Origin: Cetorhinus maximus
Lineage: Eukaryota
Length of the DNA: 64,000 bases
Assembly: GCF_964194155.1 (NCBI RefSeq)
Contig: NC_135888.1
Coordinates: 61,504,001 to 61,568,000 of the forward strand
Reading direction: 5' to 3'
Positions 1-12,123 of the stretch are shown in pieces. Position numbers and translations under genes: made by a program. The notes beneath the pieces were generated by a model. The model was not told where the DNA came from, did not search any database, and saw only the letters and a program-made list of their open reading frames with translations. Position 1 is the stretch's first letter; each line of letters begins with the position of its first letter.

Positions 1-7
1 AGTCCAG

Positions 8-986
8 GAATCACAGAATCACAGAATCACACAGTGCAGAAGAGGCCTTTCGGCCCATTGAGTCTGCACCGACACGTGAGAAACACCTGACCTACCTACC
101 TAATCCCATTTACCAGCATGGCCCATAGCCTTGAATGTTATGATGTGCCAAGTGCTCATCCAGGTACTTTTTTAAGGATGTGAGGCAACCTGCCTCCACC
201 TCCCTCCCAGGCAGCGCATTCCAGACCGTCACTAACCTCTGGGTAAAAAGGTTTTTCCTCACAACTCTCCCTAAACTTCCTACCCCTCACCTTGAACTTA
301 TGACCCCTTGAGACTGACCCTTCAACTAAGGGAAACAGCTGCTCCCTATCCACCCTGTCCATACCCCTCATAATCTTGTACACCTCAATCAGGTTGCCCC
401 CTCAGTCTTCTCTGCTCCAACGAAAACAACCCAAGTCTATCCAACCTCTCTTCATAACTTAAATGTTTCATCCCAGGCAACATCCTGGTGAATCTCCTCT
501 GCACCCCCTCCAGTCCAACACATCCTTCCTATAAGGTGGCAACCAGAGCTGCACACAGTACTCCAGCTGTGGCCACACCCAGGTTCTATACAACTCCAAC
601 ATGATCTCCCTACTTTTGTAATCTATGCCTTGATTGATAAAGGCAAGTGTCCCATATGCCTTTTTCACCACCCCACTAACATGCTCCTCCGCCTTCTGAG
701 ATCTATGGACACACACGCCAAGGTCCCTTTGTTCCTCAGAACTTCCTAGTGTCATGCCGTTCATTGAATACTTCCTTGTCAAATTACTCCTTCTAAATGT
801 ATCACCTCACACTTTTCAGGGTTAAATTCCATCTGCCACTTATCTGCCTATTTGACCATTCCATCTATATCTTCCTGTAGCCCAAGATACTCAACCTTAA
901 CGTTAACCACCCGGCCAATCTTTGTGTCATCCGCAAACTTACTAATCCTACCCCCCACATAGTCAGCTATGTCATTTATATAAATG
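8..986 (-). mobile_element. 5'-truncated CR1 LINE (RT C-terminus, 3' UTR, microsatellite tail)
   Basis: IYIND...ISKFADDTKIG, QRDLGV, PQLEYCVQLW across broken ORFs; (ATTCTGTG)n tail at 8-31. Confidence 0.9.
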
Positions 987-1621
987 AAATTCAATGCAAG
1001 TACAACCTCTTGAGGTACTGGAACATGTGTAATACTATCTGGCAAAGGGAGATTGACTGAGGGTGTCTGCATTTGCTATATGCACACCCGGACAGTGCAT
1101 AAAAGTGTACTCATATGCCGACAAAATTAAAGCCCATCTTTAATTCTAGCAGAGGCTGTCGGTGAGATTGCTTTACCTTCACTAAACAAACCTAACAGTG
1201 GCTTGTGATCTGACACTATGGTGAAGTGTTGACTGTGCAAATATTGATGGAACCTTTTTAATCCAAATACGATAGGTAAGCCCTCTTTTTCAGTTTGTGA
1301 GTAACCTTTCTTGGCTGCAGAAAGGGTCCTGGATACATATCCAACGGTCTTTCAGATCCACCCTCCAACTTGTGTGACAATACTGCTCCCACTCTGTAGG
1401 GAGATGCATCACAAGTGAGTGTCAATTCTTTAGACGGGTCATATTGCATTAGCAGACATGATGAGCATAAAAGCTTCTTCATTCTTGTGAAGGCTTCCTC
1501 TTGCTGTGCCTTCCAGGGCCATCTGTGGTTCTTCTTTAATGGTAAGTGTAAAGGAGCTAAAACTGTAGTTAGATTAGGCAAAAATCAACTGTAATAGTTT
1601 ACCATGCCCAAAAAAGATTTG

Positions 1622-2330
1622 GGCCTGAATCTTCCGGTCGGCGTGCAGGGGCGGGCCCCACTCACCGATGTGTAAAATGACCCGTGGTGTCATAGGGCGG
1701 GTGTCCCGATGTCACCGCGCGTCATTCCGGTCCTCAGTTTGGCGGGTGCACTGCAGAGTCGACTGCATGCCTGCCAAACTGTCAAAGGCCCATTGAAGCC
1801 ATTATTAAACGAATTGAGGTGCTTGTCCGGGCTGCCCATCCAACCTTAAGGTTGGCGGGCAGGCAAAGAGCCCAGGTGGCCTTCGCATTTTTCATGGAAC
1901 TTCGCCCACAGGCGGAATGAGGTTTCATGAAAGGTTTATAAGTTTATTAAAAATTTTTATTAAAATTCATTGACATGTCCCAGCTCATGTGACACTGTCA
2001 CATTAGGGTACATGTCTGAAATTTAAAAAAAAAAATTTTTATTCAGCTTTTCAAAACCAAAGTAATCTCCCTGAGGCAGCTCCGTGCTTCAGGGAGATTT
2101 CTGCGCTCTTCCACGCGCATGCGTGAAAGAGCGCAGGCCCCAACTCCTTCTCCTCCCCCCGCCAACACAGGTAGTGCTGAGCACTAACGGGCGCGCGTCA
2201 CGCTGCGCGAGCCTTAATTGCCCCCCCCACACAAAATGGCGGAGTGCAGCTGATCACAGGCGGCGATCGGCTACGTGCCCGCCCGCGCCCGTTCCCGAAC
2301 CGCCCACCCGACGAGGAGAAAATTCTCCTC
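1622..2330. mobile_element. PIF/Harbinger-like MITE in Gypsy pol
   Basis: Degenerate TIRs and TSD TTG; removing it restores NVTELKSFLGMVNYY. Confidence 0.85.
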
Positions 2331-3277
2331 TTGAGCTCTGTGACGTTGGTAGGAGAGGGCACTTCCTTGATTGCCCTGACTTTCTCCTCTAATGGAAGCA
2401 ACCCTTGGGCATCCACTCGATGACCCAGATATGCAACTTCCTTTGCTTGGAAGGTGCACTTTTCTTTTTTAAAACGAATGCCAGCCTCTAAAAATCTCTT
2501 CAGAACCTCTTCCAGGTTTGCCACAAGCTCTGCTTCTGTGGATCCTGTAATCAGGACATCATCCAGGTACACTAGAACTTGGGGGAGTCCTTGTAGTGAG
2601 CTTTCCATGGTTCTTGGGAAAATCGCACAGGCAGAGGACACACCGAGGGGTAGGCGTGTATTCTTCTGCGTATTTTTGGTGACATAACTTCTTGATGTGT
2701 TGTCCAGCTCGAGCAGTTGATACACATGGCTCATGCCCAGTTTAGTGTAGGAGCTTCCTCCTGTGAGGTTAGCATACAGATCTTCAATCTTTGGGATTGG
2801 GTATTTGTCTAATTTCGCTGCCTTATTTACCATTAATTTATAATCCCCGCAGATGTGACTGATTTGGTCTGGTTTTATCATAGGGACGATGGGTGTTGCC
2901 CATTCTGAAAATTGGACTGGCTGCATTGTTCCTAATTTCTCCAAACAACATAATTCCACATCTACCTTTTCTTTTGGAGCGTAAGGCACAGGTCTTACCT
3001 TAAAAAACCGAAATACTGCTTCAGGGTCCACGTATATTTTGGCTTGTAGGCCTTTGATTTTCCCCAACTCTGTCATATTTTTTCAGCAACTCTAGAATTC
3101 CTCCAGTCCTGACCTGAAAAATTTCTGAGCAGTTTAGTTTGATTTTGTTCAACCAATCACGGCCCAGAAGGCTAGGTCCTTCTCCTGTTACAACAACTAT
3201 TGGCAGCTGGGCTGCTTGATGTCTGTAGGATACAGGTACAAAGGTGATGCCTTTCACTTGTATTGCTTCTCCTGTAT

Positions 3278-3990
3278 GGGCAGAATTTTCTGCCTGTCAG
3301 AAGGGGGTGGTGTGAGAGCGGGTGCAGGCAGGCGCTGACCCGATCGGCGCCCCCAGTTGGGTCCACACCACCATTTTATGTGGGCGGGCCAATTAAGGCC
3401 CGCCCAGCGTGACACACGCCCAGAAGCGCTGTGCGCTCCCTGTGCGGGCGTCAGGGGGTGGTTGCCTGAGTTGGGAGTGTGCTCTTTCACACATGCATGC
3501 GAAAGAGCACAGTAACCTCCCTGAGGCACAGAGGTGCCTCAGGGAGATAAGTTTTAAGGTTAAGTAGTTTAATAAAGTGGTGAAAAAATTTTATGACATG
3601 TTCCCTCATGTGAAACTGTCACTTGAGCTGGGACATGTGCATTCATTTTTTTCAAAAATTTTTTGTGAAAATTTAAAATCATTCACGAAACCTCACCCAG
3701 CCCATGGATGAGGTTCCATGAAAAATGCGAAGGCTGCCTGGGCTCTTCACCTGCCCACCAACTTTAAGGTTGGACGGGAAGCTCAGATAACTGCTTAAGT
3801 GGCTTTTCAGATGGCCTTAATATGCCTCTGACAGTTTGGCGGGTGCATAGCCGACTTGGCTGCGCGACGCCAAATTGAAAATCTAAATGACACGCGGTGA
3901 CGTCGGGATGCCCGCCCAATGTCACCCCGCGTCATTTTACGCCTCGCTTAGTGGGCCCCGTCCCCTTTCGCATAGCCGAAAATGCTGCCC
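3278..3990. mobile_element. PIF/Harbinger-like MITE in Gypsy protease
   Basis: TIR GGGCAGAATTTTC / GAAAATGCTGCCC (12/13); TSD TAT; removing it restores QIKTYTGEAIQVKG. Confidence 0.88.
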
Positions 3991-4095
3991 TATATGTTTT
4001 TATCTGAGCAACAGTTTTCTCCAAACTGAATGGCTGGATACCTGCTCTGAGGTATTTCAAGATGTATTCTCCCTCCACTGCGGTCCATGGCTCCT

Positions 4096-4596
4096 GGCTT
4101 GAATTTTGCGCTCATCAGGCGTGCGCGATTGGTGGGCCCAGAAGTGGTCGGCAAACGGGCCACCAACCGCGATTTCACGCTGGGTGGCCAATTGATAGCT
4201 AGCTAGCGCGAAATGTGCACTGAGAAAGGTTTAGCTCTGCCGGGGTGGGGGCAGGAAGAGTGCGGGCGCTGTTGCCACTGCGGGTCCTGGTGAGCGCTTC
4301 CACTGAGCTCCTGGAAGGCAGGCAGATGCCTCAGGGAGCTGCAGACCTCCACATAATTAAACAAATCACAAAAAAACTGCAAAAGATGTCCATGCAGCAC
4401 AATCAAGCACCTGAAAGCAGACCTCATAAAAATGCTGTCCCCAGATATTTCTTTTTATTTTATATCCTAAAGGAGATTTCATCCCACCCTTGGATGAGGT
4501 TTCATCAAAAATGCAAAGTCCACCATGCCGATTGACCCATCCACCAACCGTAAGGTTGGACAGGGCATGAAAAATCACTTACAATTGCACAATTCT
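4096..4596. mobile_element. Truncated related MITE at the degenerate protease active site
   Basis: Left TIR GGCTTGAATTTT and shared internal hairpins; flanks rejoin as LMEVHIGA (decayed DTGA). Confidence 0.7.
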
Positions 4597-5635
4597 ATGT
4601 GCACCTCCATGAGCAGAGGCTTTCCATTTATTTGAAATGTAACAGTGATTGGTTCAGTTTTCCTGGCCTTCAGATTGTGTAGGGAATAAAGGTCAGCTTC
4701 TGTAATGTCTGGCTCATCAACTATTGTGCACTTCATTTAACTGAACCTGTTGTCTGAATGGCTGCCTTGAACTAGTCCTGCACTGTTTAACAACATGCCC
4801 CTTTTTGTGGCAATAGTGGCATTCTGCCTCTTTAAATCTACAGCCTTCGGGTACATGATTTCCCCCACAACAGTAATGCTTTAACTTCTGGGTTACTGGT
4901 GATGCTTCCAGCATCTCTTTTTGTTTTTCTAGTGGTAGGGACCGTGTCCCGCTTCATTGTAGCCTCCCTGATCTTCACGCCACTCCAGGCGGTAAGTTCC
5001 CACCTAGCTGCGAAACGGCGCCATGTTGTACCCTCTGCACACCCTGCGAGTCCCTCTCAGCACTCTCCATTGCCAGCGCTATCTCCATGGTGAGCTTCAG
5101 GCCTATCTCAACTTCTGCAAGCAAACAGCACCGAATGGCGTAGTTGTTTATGCCGCAAGCTAAACGATCTTGCAACGTCATTTAAAGTATCACCGAAGTC
5201 ACAGCGCTCCATTAACTGTTTTAGCTTCGTGATGCATGTTGCGATCAACTCACCAGGTGCCCTTAATCGAGAGTTAACCTTGAATCTTTGCGTGTTCACT
5301 GAGGGTTTAGGCTGAAAATGTCCTTTTTCGAGGGCGACTAGCTTGGTGAAAGATCTGGAATTTGGCACGTTCGGAGTCGACAAGTTACGGATTATGTTAT
5401 ACATTTTGCTCCCACAGACACTTAGGAAAATTGCCTTCTGTTTCTCCACCGCCGTTATTTCATTAAATATAAAGTAGAAACCTAATCGTTCAAGTTATTG
5501 ACTCCAGTCTCGTCGGGTGAGTCGTACGGGCCAATCTGCTAAAGTTAGGCATTGCTGGTGAGTACACCTCTTTTCTTCCCTTAAAAAATCAAAATACTCA
5601 CAGTCACGAGGCAAGCTGCTACATCAGCACTATTT

Positions 5636-5648
5636 ATCCTCGTCGCCA
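5636..5648 (-). promoter_or_regulatory. Primer binding site (tRNA-Ser GCU type)
   Basis: TGGCGACGAGGAT, 2 nt after the LTR end; complementary to the recalled 3' end ...AUCCUCGUCGCCA of tRNA-Ser(GCU). Confidence 0.75.
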
Positions 5649-5650
5649 AT

Positions 5651-5855
5651 TGTAATAAACTTGAAGAGTGGAGGACAAGTTTCTTGTAAGAAACAGTGAA
5701 CTTTATTTACAGACTCCAGATGAGACTACATGCTTATTCCAAGACCAAGGCTAAGAAGCTCCGCCCCTAAGATTCCCCACGCTTAGGGCTGATTGGTCTA
5801 TACAGTCACATTATACCCATTACGGTAAGAAATGGTTTAACTTAAAATTACTATA
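5651..5855 (-). repeat. 5' LTR of the Gypsy element (~205 bp)
   Basis: Ends ...ATTACA on minus, followed by the PBS; AATAAA at ~5702; homologous to 13224-13426. Confidence 0.85.
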
Positions 5856-6059
5856 TTCCTCAACTTTTGATGTGGAATTAAAAACAGTGTCAACAACGAG
5901 GGCAACAGAGAGGTGTGGTTGTGTCTGATCCAATGCTTAGTTTCATTGAATGGTAGCAAGTAGAAAAGAGTGTAAACAGCAGCAGTTAAACTGACCAGCA
6001 ACTCTCTGCTCTGGGCCCAATGCACGTCTGCTTCTCTCTGGTGGCATCTGCTGAGACTT

Positions 6060-6515
6060 GGCAGGATGCTTTGGGTCTAGCACTAGCTCAGCATCCTTCT
6101 GGAGATTTAATAACAGCAAATCCATCCACAGTCTTATACATTCACTCCCACAACCAGCGGCACAGCATGAGTGCATTGTGTACCATCCACCATTGCAGAT
6201 TGCCAAGGCTTCTTTAACAGCACTCTCAAACCCTCGACCTCTACCAACTAGAAGGGCAAGGGCAAGAGGAGCATTGGAACACAACCACTGCCAATTAGAC
6301 ATCCAAGTCACAAGCCTGACTTGGTTATAAATCACTGTTCCTCTACTGTCGCTGGGTTAAAACCCTAGAATTGCCCCCCTTAACACCGTGGGTGGGTCTA
6401 CACTATAAGGACTGCAGCAGTTCAAGAAAACGGCTCACCACCACCTTCTCAAGGGCAAATAAGGATGAACAAATGCTGAGCTTGCCAACAACACCCACAT
6501 CTGTGAATAAATAAA
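6060..6515 (+). mobile_element. 3' fragment of a second CR1-superfamily LINE family
   Basis: Shares GTGTACCATC...CACCACCTTCTCAAGGGCAA...CCCACATC with 11433-11783, 40068-40715 and 62700-63455. Confidence 0.75.
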
Positions 6516-6769
6516 AGAAACAAGGAGCAGAGGTGGTGCAGATTAAAGTGGGGCTATTTGCAAACAGCACCAGGTCATATACATGTAATTTTACTGAACT
6601 GGAAGGCAAATACATGGCAAGAAATGTAGCTACTATGGGAAAATATGAGTTCCAGGTTTCCCAGACACAGGTAGGCCTCAGAATGAGGTATAGGAATGTA
6701 GAATACAATGCAGGGGAGTTATTCTGAGATTAGGAACAACATGTTGCCGTTCAATATGGTAGATCTGGA

Positions 6770-6986
6770 ACAAAAACAGAATTACCTGGAAAAACTCAGC
6801 AGGTCTGGCAGCATCGGCAGAGAAGAAATCAGTTAACGTTTCGAGCCTTCATGGCCCAAGGCTCGAAACGTTAACTGATTTCTTCTCCGCCGATGCTGCC
6901 AGACCTGCTGAGTTTCTCCAGGTAATTCTGTTTTTGTTTTGGATTTCCAGCATCCGCAGTAGCTTTTAGCTTTTTGTTTTTATCTT
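6770..6986. mobile_element. Penelope-like terminal fragment forming an 80-bp hairpin
   Basis: Arms 6770-6849 and 6858-6937 (2 mismatches); perfect 15-bp TSD TATGGTAGATCTGGA at 6755-6769 and 6987-7001. Confidence 0.8.
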
Positions 6987-7321
6987 TATGGTAGATCTGG
7001 ACTTTGCTTAATAAAACCAGTGAGAGTGAGTCCTCAGCCTGTTTAACATTTCCATAGACTCCAATGTATTGCTGTTTTACTGAAGCTGTAACTTTCCCCA
7101 TTGAAAACTTGTAATTGGACAACACTGAAAGTGCATTAATCCTTGATTCAAATATTTCCAGTTACACTGACAGCATTCATCAAAAATTAAACTTAATGGC
7201 CACAGGTTAGCTTTCATGTAAACGTCAAGGAGAGCTCGAACCAAATGACAATGTCTAATTAATTCCAGAGAATGTTACATAATGTTTTTTATGATTTCCA
7301 TCACATTTCCATCACTAAAGA

Positions 7322-7505
7322 CAGGAGTTTGTACATTCTCCCCGTGTCTGTGGGTTTCCATTAGATGCTCCGGTTTCCTCTTCACTGTCCAAAGATGTGC
7401 TAGTTAGGTGGATTGGCTACGGTAAATTGTCCCCCTGTGTGCCCATTGCCTGTCGGGAGAGGCTCTGACTCCCTGTGACCCTGAATTGGATGAAACAGTT
7501 CTGGA
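7322..7505 (+). mobile_element. V-SINE (HE1-like) core fragment
   Basis: GGAGTTTGTACATTCTCCCCGTGTCTG...TCCAAAGATGTGC...GGTGGATTGG resembles the recalled V-SINE core. Confidence 0.75.
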
Positions 7506-7884
7506 AAAGGGAGTGAGTGAGTGAATTAAATACAGAACGAGTTTTGAAAGCACATTAGCTGTATTGCGGCTGACCCCCATCTCCCACCAAGCTCATCAAT
7601 TAATGGAGATCTCAGTGACTCAGAATTTTACATCATTGGCTTTTGTTTAGGTTCAGTTCCTGGTCACTTTGTTTTGATTATGTTGTAGGAGTGTGCAAGT
7701 AGTTCAGATAAAAATAAAACTTTGTTTGACCTGAGTGGGTTTACAGAGAAATAACCACTTATATTTATATAGCACCTATAACATAATAAAGTATCCCAAG
7801 AAGCTTAACAGGACCACTACCATCTAGAAGGGCAAAGGCAGCAGATAGATGGGAACACCACCACCTGCAAGTTCCCCATCACTC

Positions 7885-8924
7885 CCCGGCCCCGCCAAGG
7901 TATTCCCCACCCGTCGACACTTATGGGAATACCCCCACCCGCACAGGAGTCCTCACCGGACAACCCCCGCCCGCAAGCTCAACTCTTATCACCGAGCCAA
8001 ACCCCCACGCCCCCATTTCCAAACCACATCTCCCGAAATTCCAACCCCCCCTGACCCCCCCAAATGTCCGACTGCTGCACCCTCCCTGGATGTCTGACAC
8101 CCCCCAGCCCCCATCCCCCCTGAATGTCCATCCCCCCAACCCCTCCTGAATACTTGGCCCGCTGCACCCTCCCAATGTCCGACCCCCTAAAGCAGGTAAG
8201 TTTAAAGGTCCCATTGAAGTTGACAGGCCATGGAGAAGGTAAGCACATAAATAAAGTGAAAAGGATTTTGGGCATGGGGGTGTTCAGTGGTCGGGTGGGG
8301 ATGGGGGAGGGGGTCGGACATCGGGAGGGGGTACAGCGGGCCAGATATTCGGGAGGGGTTGGGGGCCGGACATTCAGGGGGATGAGGGGAGGGTGGGTCT
8401 CAGACATCCGGGGGCGAATGTGGGGATTGGACATTCAGGGGTCTGGGGGGGGGTTGGAATTTCGGGGGGGTTGGGTTGGGGGGTCAGAGTCAGGCTCGCG
8501 GGGGTGGGGGAGTGGTTGTCAGGTGAGGGGTACCGTGCAGGTGGGGAGATTCCCATGGGGTGTCGACAGGTGGGGAATACCGTGGGGGAGGGTGGTTATT
8601 CAGGTGTGGGGGAGTCCCCTAGGGGTTGGGACTGTGGGGGAATTGGTCTGGGTCTTTACACTAGTTACCTAAAAGTTAGAAGAGGTTTTAATCCTTCTAA
8701 CTTTCCCTGAGTAACTATTGGTATAACCCTGGCAGAACCATCTGATGGCGATTTAAATCACATTTACAGATGGTTCCCAGCTCAGCGCAATTGGCCAGAA
8801 GAAGTATGCACTTCTGGGCAATTGCCATGCAAACCCTTACCTGGGAACCTCCCAAAGGGATTCCCCAGTGCATCTTTGGGGTACCCCCCAAATCCGACAC
8901 TGGGGAGCTCAGAGGTTACGGCCC
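7885..8924. mobile_element. GC-skewed non-autonomous DNA element with long internal inverted repeat
   Basis: C-rich arm mirrored by G-rich arm; ends GTTACGGCCC; end region homologous (inverted) to 59958-60240 and to 10370-10440. Confidence 0.65.
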
Positions 8925-9073
8925 ATTAGGTCATAGAGGGTTTTAAGGAGTGTCTCAAAGGAGGAAAGTGAGGTAGACGGTTGATGGGATAGAATTCCAT
9001 TGCTTGGAGCCTAGGCAGTGAGAGGCATGGTTACCAGTTTTTCTTTATTTGTTCATGGGATGTGGGTGTCACA

Positions 9074-9741
9074 GATATCTCAGAAGGCAGATGCATGCGC
9101 ACCCGACCCGATCAGGAGTAAAATAGCGCGATGATGTTGGGTGAGCGTCCCGACGCCAATGCGCACCCGTGAGATATTTCGGTCAGCGTGCACGCGCGAG
9201 AGTTGGCAGCGCACCCGCCAACGATTAAGAGGCCTATTAAGGCCCTTAATCAATTAATTAAATGCAATTTTCCGCTGCCCATCCAACCTTACATTTGGTG
9301 GACGGGCGAATCAGCCAGGTGGCCTTTGGATTTTTTATGAAGCCTCATCCACGGGTAGGATGAGGTTTCCAACAGTAATTTTTTTAAAAGTAAACATTTT
9401 TAGACATCGTTTTTAATATGTCCCTGTTCATGTGGCTGAGTCATATGAGGGGACATGTTTCTCTCATTTTTAAAATGCTTATTTCAGTTTCTACAACTCT
9501 CAGCTCCCTGAGGAAGCCCCCTACCTTCAGGGAGCTTTCAGTGCATGCTCCCCAGCACATGCACAGACTTCTACACTCACGGTCCTCCCGCCCCCACACC
9601 GGCAGCGCTGAGGTTCTCGGGGCGCGTTTCATGCTGGCTGGCCATTAATTGAAATCGAGGTCGGGGGGCCAATCGGGGATGGCGGACCGTTTCCCAGGCC
9701 CCTGCTGGCCATGACCGTCCTACGACGGGAAAATCCTGCCC
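9074..9741. mobile_element. PIF/Harbinger-like MITE, one end truncated
   Basis: Right TIR GAAAATCCTGCCC; same internal hairpin series as other copies. Confidence 0.8.
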
Positions 9742-10085
9742 AGAAGGTTGTAGTGCTGGAGGAGGTTACAGAAATAGGGAGAGGTGACACCATGGAGGGA
9801 CCTGTAAACAAGAGCGAGAATTTTAAAATCAAGATTTGCTTGACCAGAAGCCAATGTAAGTTAGCGAGCACAGGGATGATAGGGGAATGGGACTTTAGTG
9901 CGAGTTGAAAATCAGGCAGCAGTGTTGGATGACCTCCAGTTTATGGAAGCCATAATATGGGAGACTGGCCAGGACTGCATTGGAAAATAGGCAAGTCTAG
10001 AGGTAACAAAGTCATGAATAAATATTTTAGCAGTATATTGGTTGAGGCAGGGGTGAAGTCATGTGATTGTTACGGGGATAGAAAT

Positions 10086-10321
10086 TGTAGTATTAGGGAG
10101 ATCAAGGTTGAAAGGATTAATGTGAGGGACTGTGGAAACAACGCCACCCAGATGATGATGTAAGAGACACATGACCAAGAGCCAAGAGGAAAAATGCTTC
10201 TGGCTTAGACTGAGTAACACCTAGTGGTATAGACCTGTATATAGTTATGTTTATCCAATAAACCAATTATTGTTCAGACATGCTGGTGTCTCAGCAAGCC
10301 AGTCACAATCAGCAGACAACA
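10086..10321 (+). mobile_element. Solo LTR (236 bp)
   Basis: TGTAGT...ACAACA termini, AATAAA at 10257, perfect 5-bp TSD GAAAT. Confidence 0.8.
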
Positions 10322-10364
10322 GAAATAAGCAGTCTTCATGATGAAACTGAGATCTTTAACCTTA

Positions 10365-11419
10365 GGGAGGTAACTGTTACATTGCGCTGGGAACCATCCG
10401 AAAGTGTGATTTAAATCACCAACTTCAATGGTTCCACCCGCTTCCCTCCCCTACAGGACACACCCCATCACCCCCTCCCTAACCTCCAGCAACCCCACCT
10501 CCCACCACACCGACCTCAGCCACCGCCCCCCCGACCTTGGAACCCGACCCCACCCAACCTCGAACCCCCTGCCCAGACCTCGTACCCCCCCCAAACTCCA
10601 AACGCCCGCACCACCATCCCCGATCTCTGGACCCCCACCTGAACTCCGGGACCACCCCCTCACCAACCGGACCGAGGACAGCACCCCCCCTCCCCCATCC
10701 CCCATCATGTCCCGACCCGATGTCGGACCACTGACCCGACCCAACCTCAGGCCCCCCTGCCCCTGACCTGACCTGACCCCGGACCGACCCTGGACCCAAC
10801 CCCCCCTGACCTCCGATCCCCCCCCCCCGACTTCCGATCCACCCCACAAACCCCTAGACACCCATGCCCACCGCCCACCCCTCCAGGCACTCCCCTACCA
10901 AACCCAGCCACCCCCACCTCCTCCCCCCCCCCCAACCCCGAAACTCAGCCCCCCTGCCCTCAGCACCCCTCCAACCACAGCCACCCGCCGACCTCAGCCC
11001 CCCGTACCAACCTCAGCCCCCCTGACCTCAGCATCCCCTCCCCCCGACCTCAGTCCCCCCACCCAACCTCCGGACACCCACCCCCTCACACCACCCCCCT
11101 CCAACCTCTGGACACCGCCAACTCCCAAATCCTATTCAGTTACCTTAGACACTTACATTCTCCTGGCCTGTCAATTTCCCTGGCCCTTTACGCTTACCTG
11201 CTTTATGGCAGCAAGTGCTGTAAAAAAGGGGGCATGGCCTCCTTCAATCCGCTTGATCTAGATTTCGCTGGGGCCTGCGAGGAATCTTTCGATGCAGGCC
11301 CCAAGCAGCTCCGGCGAACGGAAGTGGCCACGCAATTTTCAAGACCAGGTAAGTGTACATTTATTTATTCTCATTTCTGCGGGCCAGCACTTGCCAACAC
11401 TAGTCAGAAGTTACAGCCC
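10365..11419. mobile_element. GC-skewed DNA element with ~700-bp C-rich low-complexity core
   Basis: GGAACCATCCGAAAGTGTGATTTAAATCAC shared with ~8735 and ~60110; ends AAGTTACAGCCC. Confidence 0.6.
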
Positions 11420-11432
11420 TTTATTTCCTTAT

Positions 11433-11783
11433 ACCATCTACAAGATGCACTGCAGAAACTCACCAAGACTCCTTAGACAGCACCTTCCAAACCCATGGCA
11501 GCTACCATCTAGGAGGACAAAGGCAGAAGATTGGGAACACCATCACCTGCAAGTTCCCCTCCAAGCCACACACCATCCTGACTTGGAAATATATTACCAT
11601 TATTTCACAGTTGTTGGGTCAAAATCCTGGAACTCCCTAACAGCACAGTGGGTGTACCTACACCACATGGACTGCAGCAATTCAAGAAGGTAGCTCACCA
11701 CCTGTTTCTCAAGGGCAACTAGGGATGGGCAATAAATTCTGACCCAACCAGCGAAGCCCACATCCTGTGAATGACTAAAAAAA
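11433..11783 (+). mobile_element. 3' end of the second CR1-superfamily LINE
   Basis: CCATCTACAAGATGCACTGCAG...GGGCAATAAA...CCCACATCC plus A tail. Confidence 0.8.
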
Positions 11784-12123
11784 ATTCCACTTACGGGTTT
11801 TTCGACGTGCTCTTGTGATCTTCTTTGATGTTGGGGGGGTGATTAAATAAAGAATTTAGGAAACACTGTGTAATGTGTATTGTCCATCTCTTGTTGCTCT
11901 GAGCCAAATGCATATAGTAGTACTGGAGTTACATGTAGATCTAACTGGGGGATGGATGAAGGATATGAATGAACCATTTGGGTTTTTATCACAATATGGC
12001 AAATTACGTGATTATCTTCTTGTGTTAGCCACAAATTATCAAAACTATTTCACAATTTGCCACCCAAGAGAGTTGCACTCACAACCTCAATTTTTCCAGT
12101 AGGTACTGTAACCACCAGCCTGT

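Larger units (their letters stand above)
987..5855 (-). mobile_element. Decayed Ty3/Gypsy LTR retrotransposon (5' LTR, PBS, gag, protease, RT, RNase H)
   Basis: gag ATG at ~5552; two zinc knuckles (CxxCxxxHxxxxC, CHYCHKKGHVVKQC); KTYTGE protease motif; RT WATPIV, CGDYK, YLDD; RNase H LTCDASPY. Frameshifted and interrupted by three MITEs. Confidence 0.92.
8925..10350 (-). mobile_element. Fragmented L2-type LINE hosting a MITE and a solo LTR
   Basis: L2-like segments (GGAAAGTGAGGTAGA...GAATTCCA; GAAGCCAATGTAAG; GGAAAATAGGCAAGTCTAGAGGTAAC); tail at ~7750-7810; similar copy at 45390-45895. Confidence 0.6.

Noticed and set aside
2198-3076. 292-aa RT ORF as a functional or domesticated gene
   Set aside because: Conserved RT motifs are damaged, flanks are frameshifted and the C-terminus reads into a MITE.
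7849-8710. Multiple Gly/Pro-rich ORFs on both strands (also 10428-10935 and 60175-60988)
   Set aside because: They arise from G/C-skewed low-complexity TE interiors; no domains or splice context.
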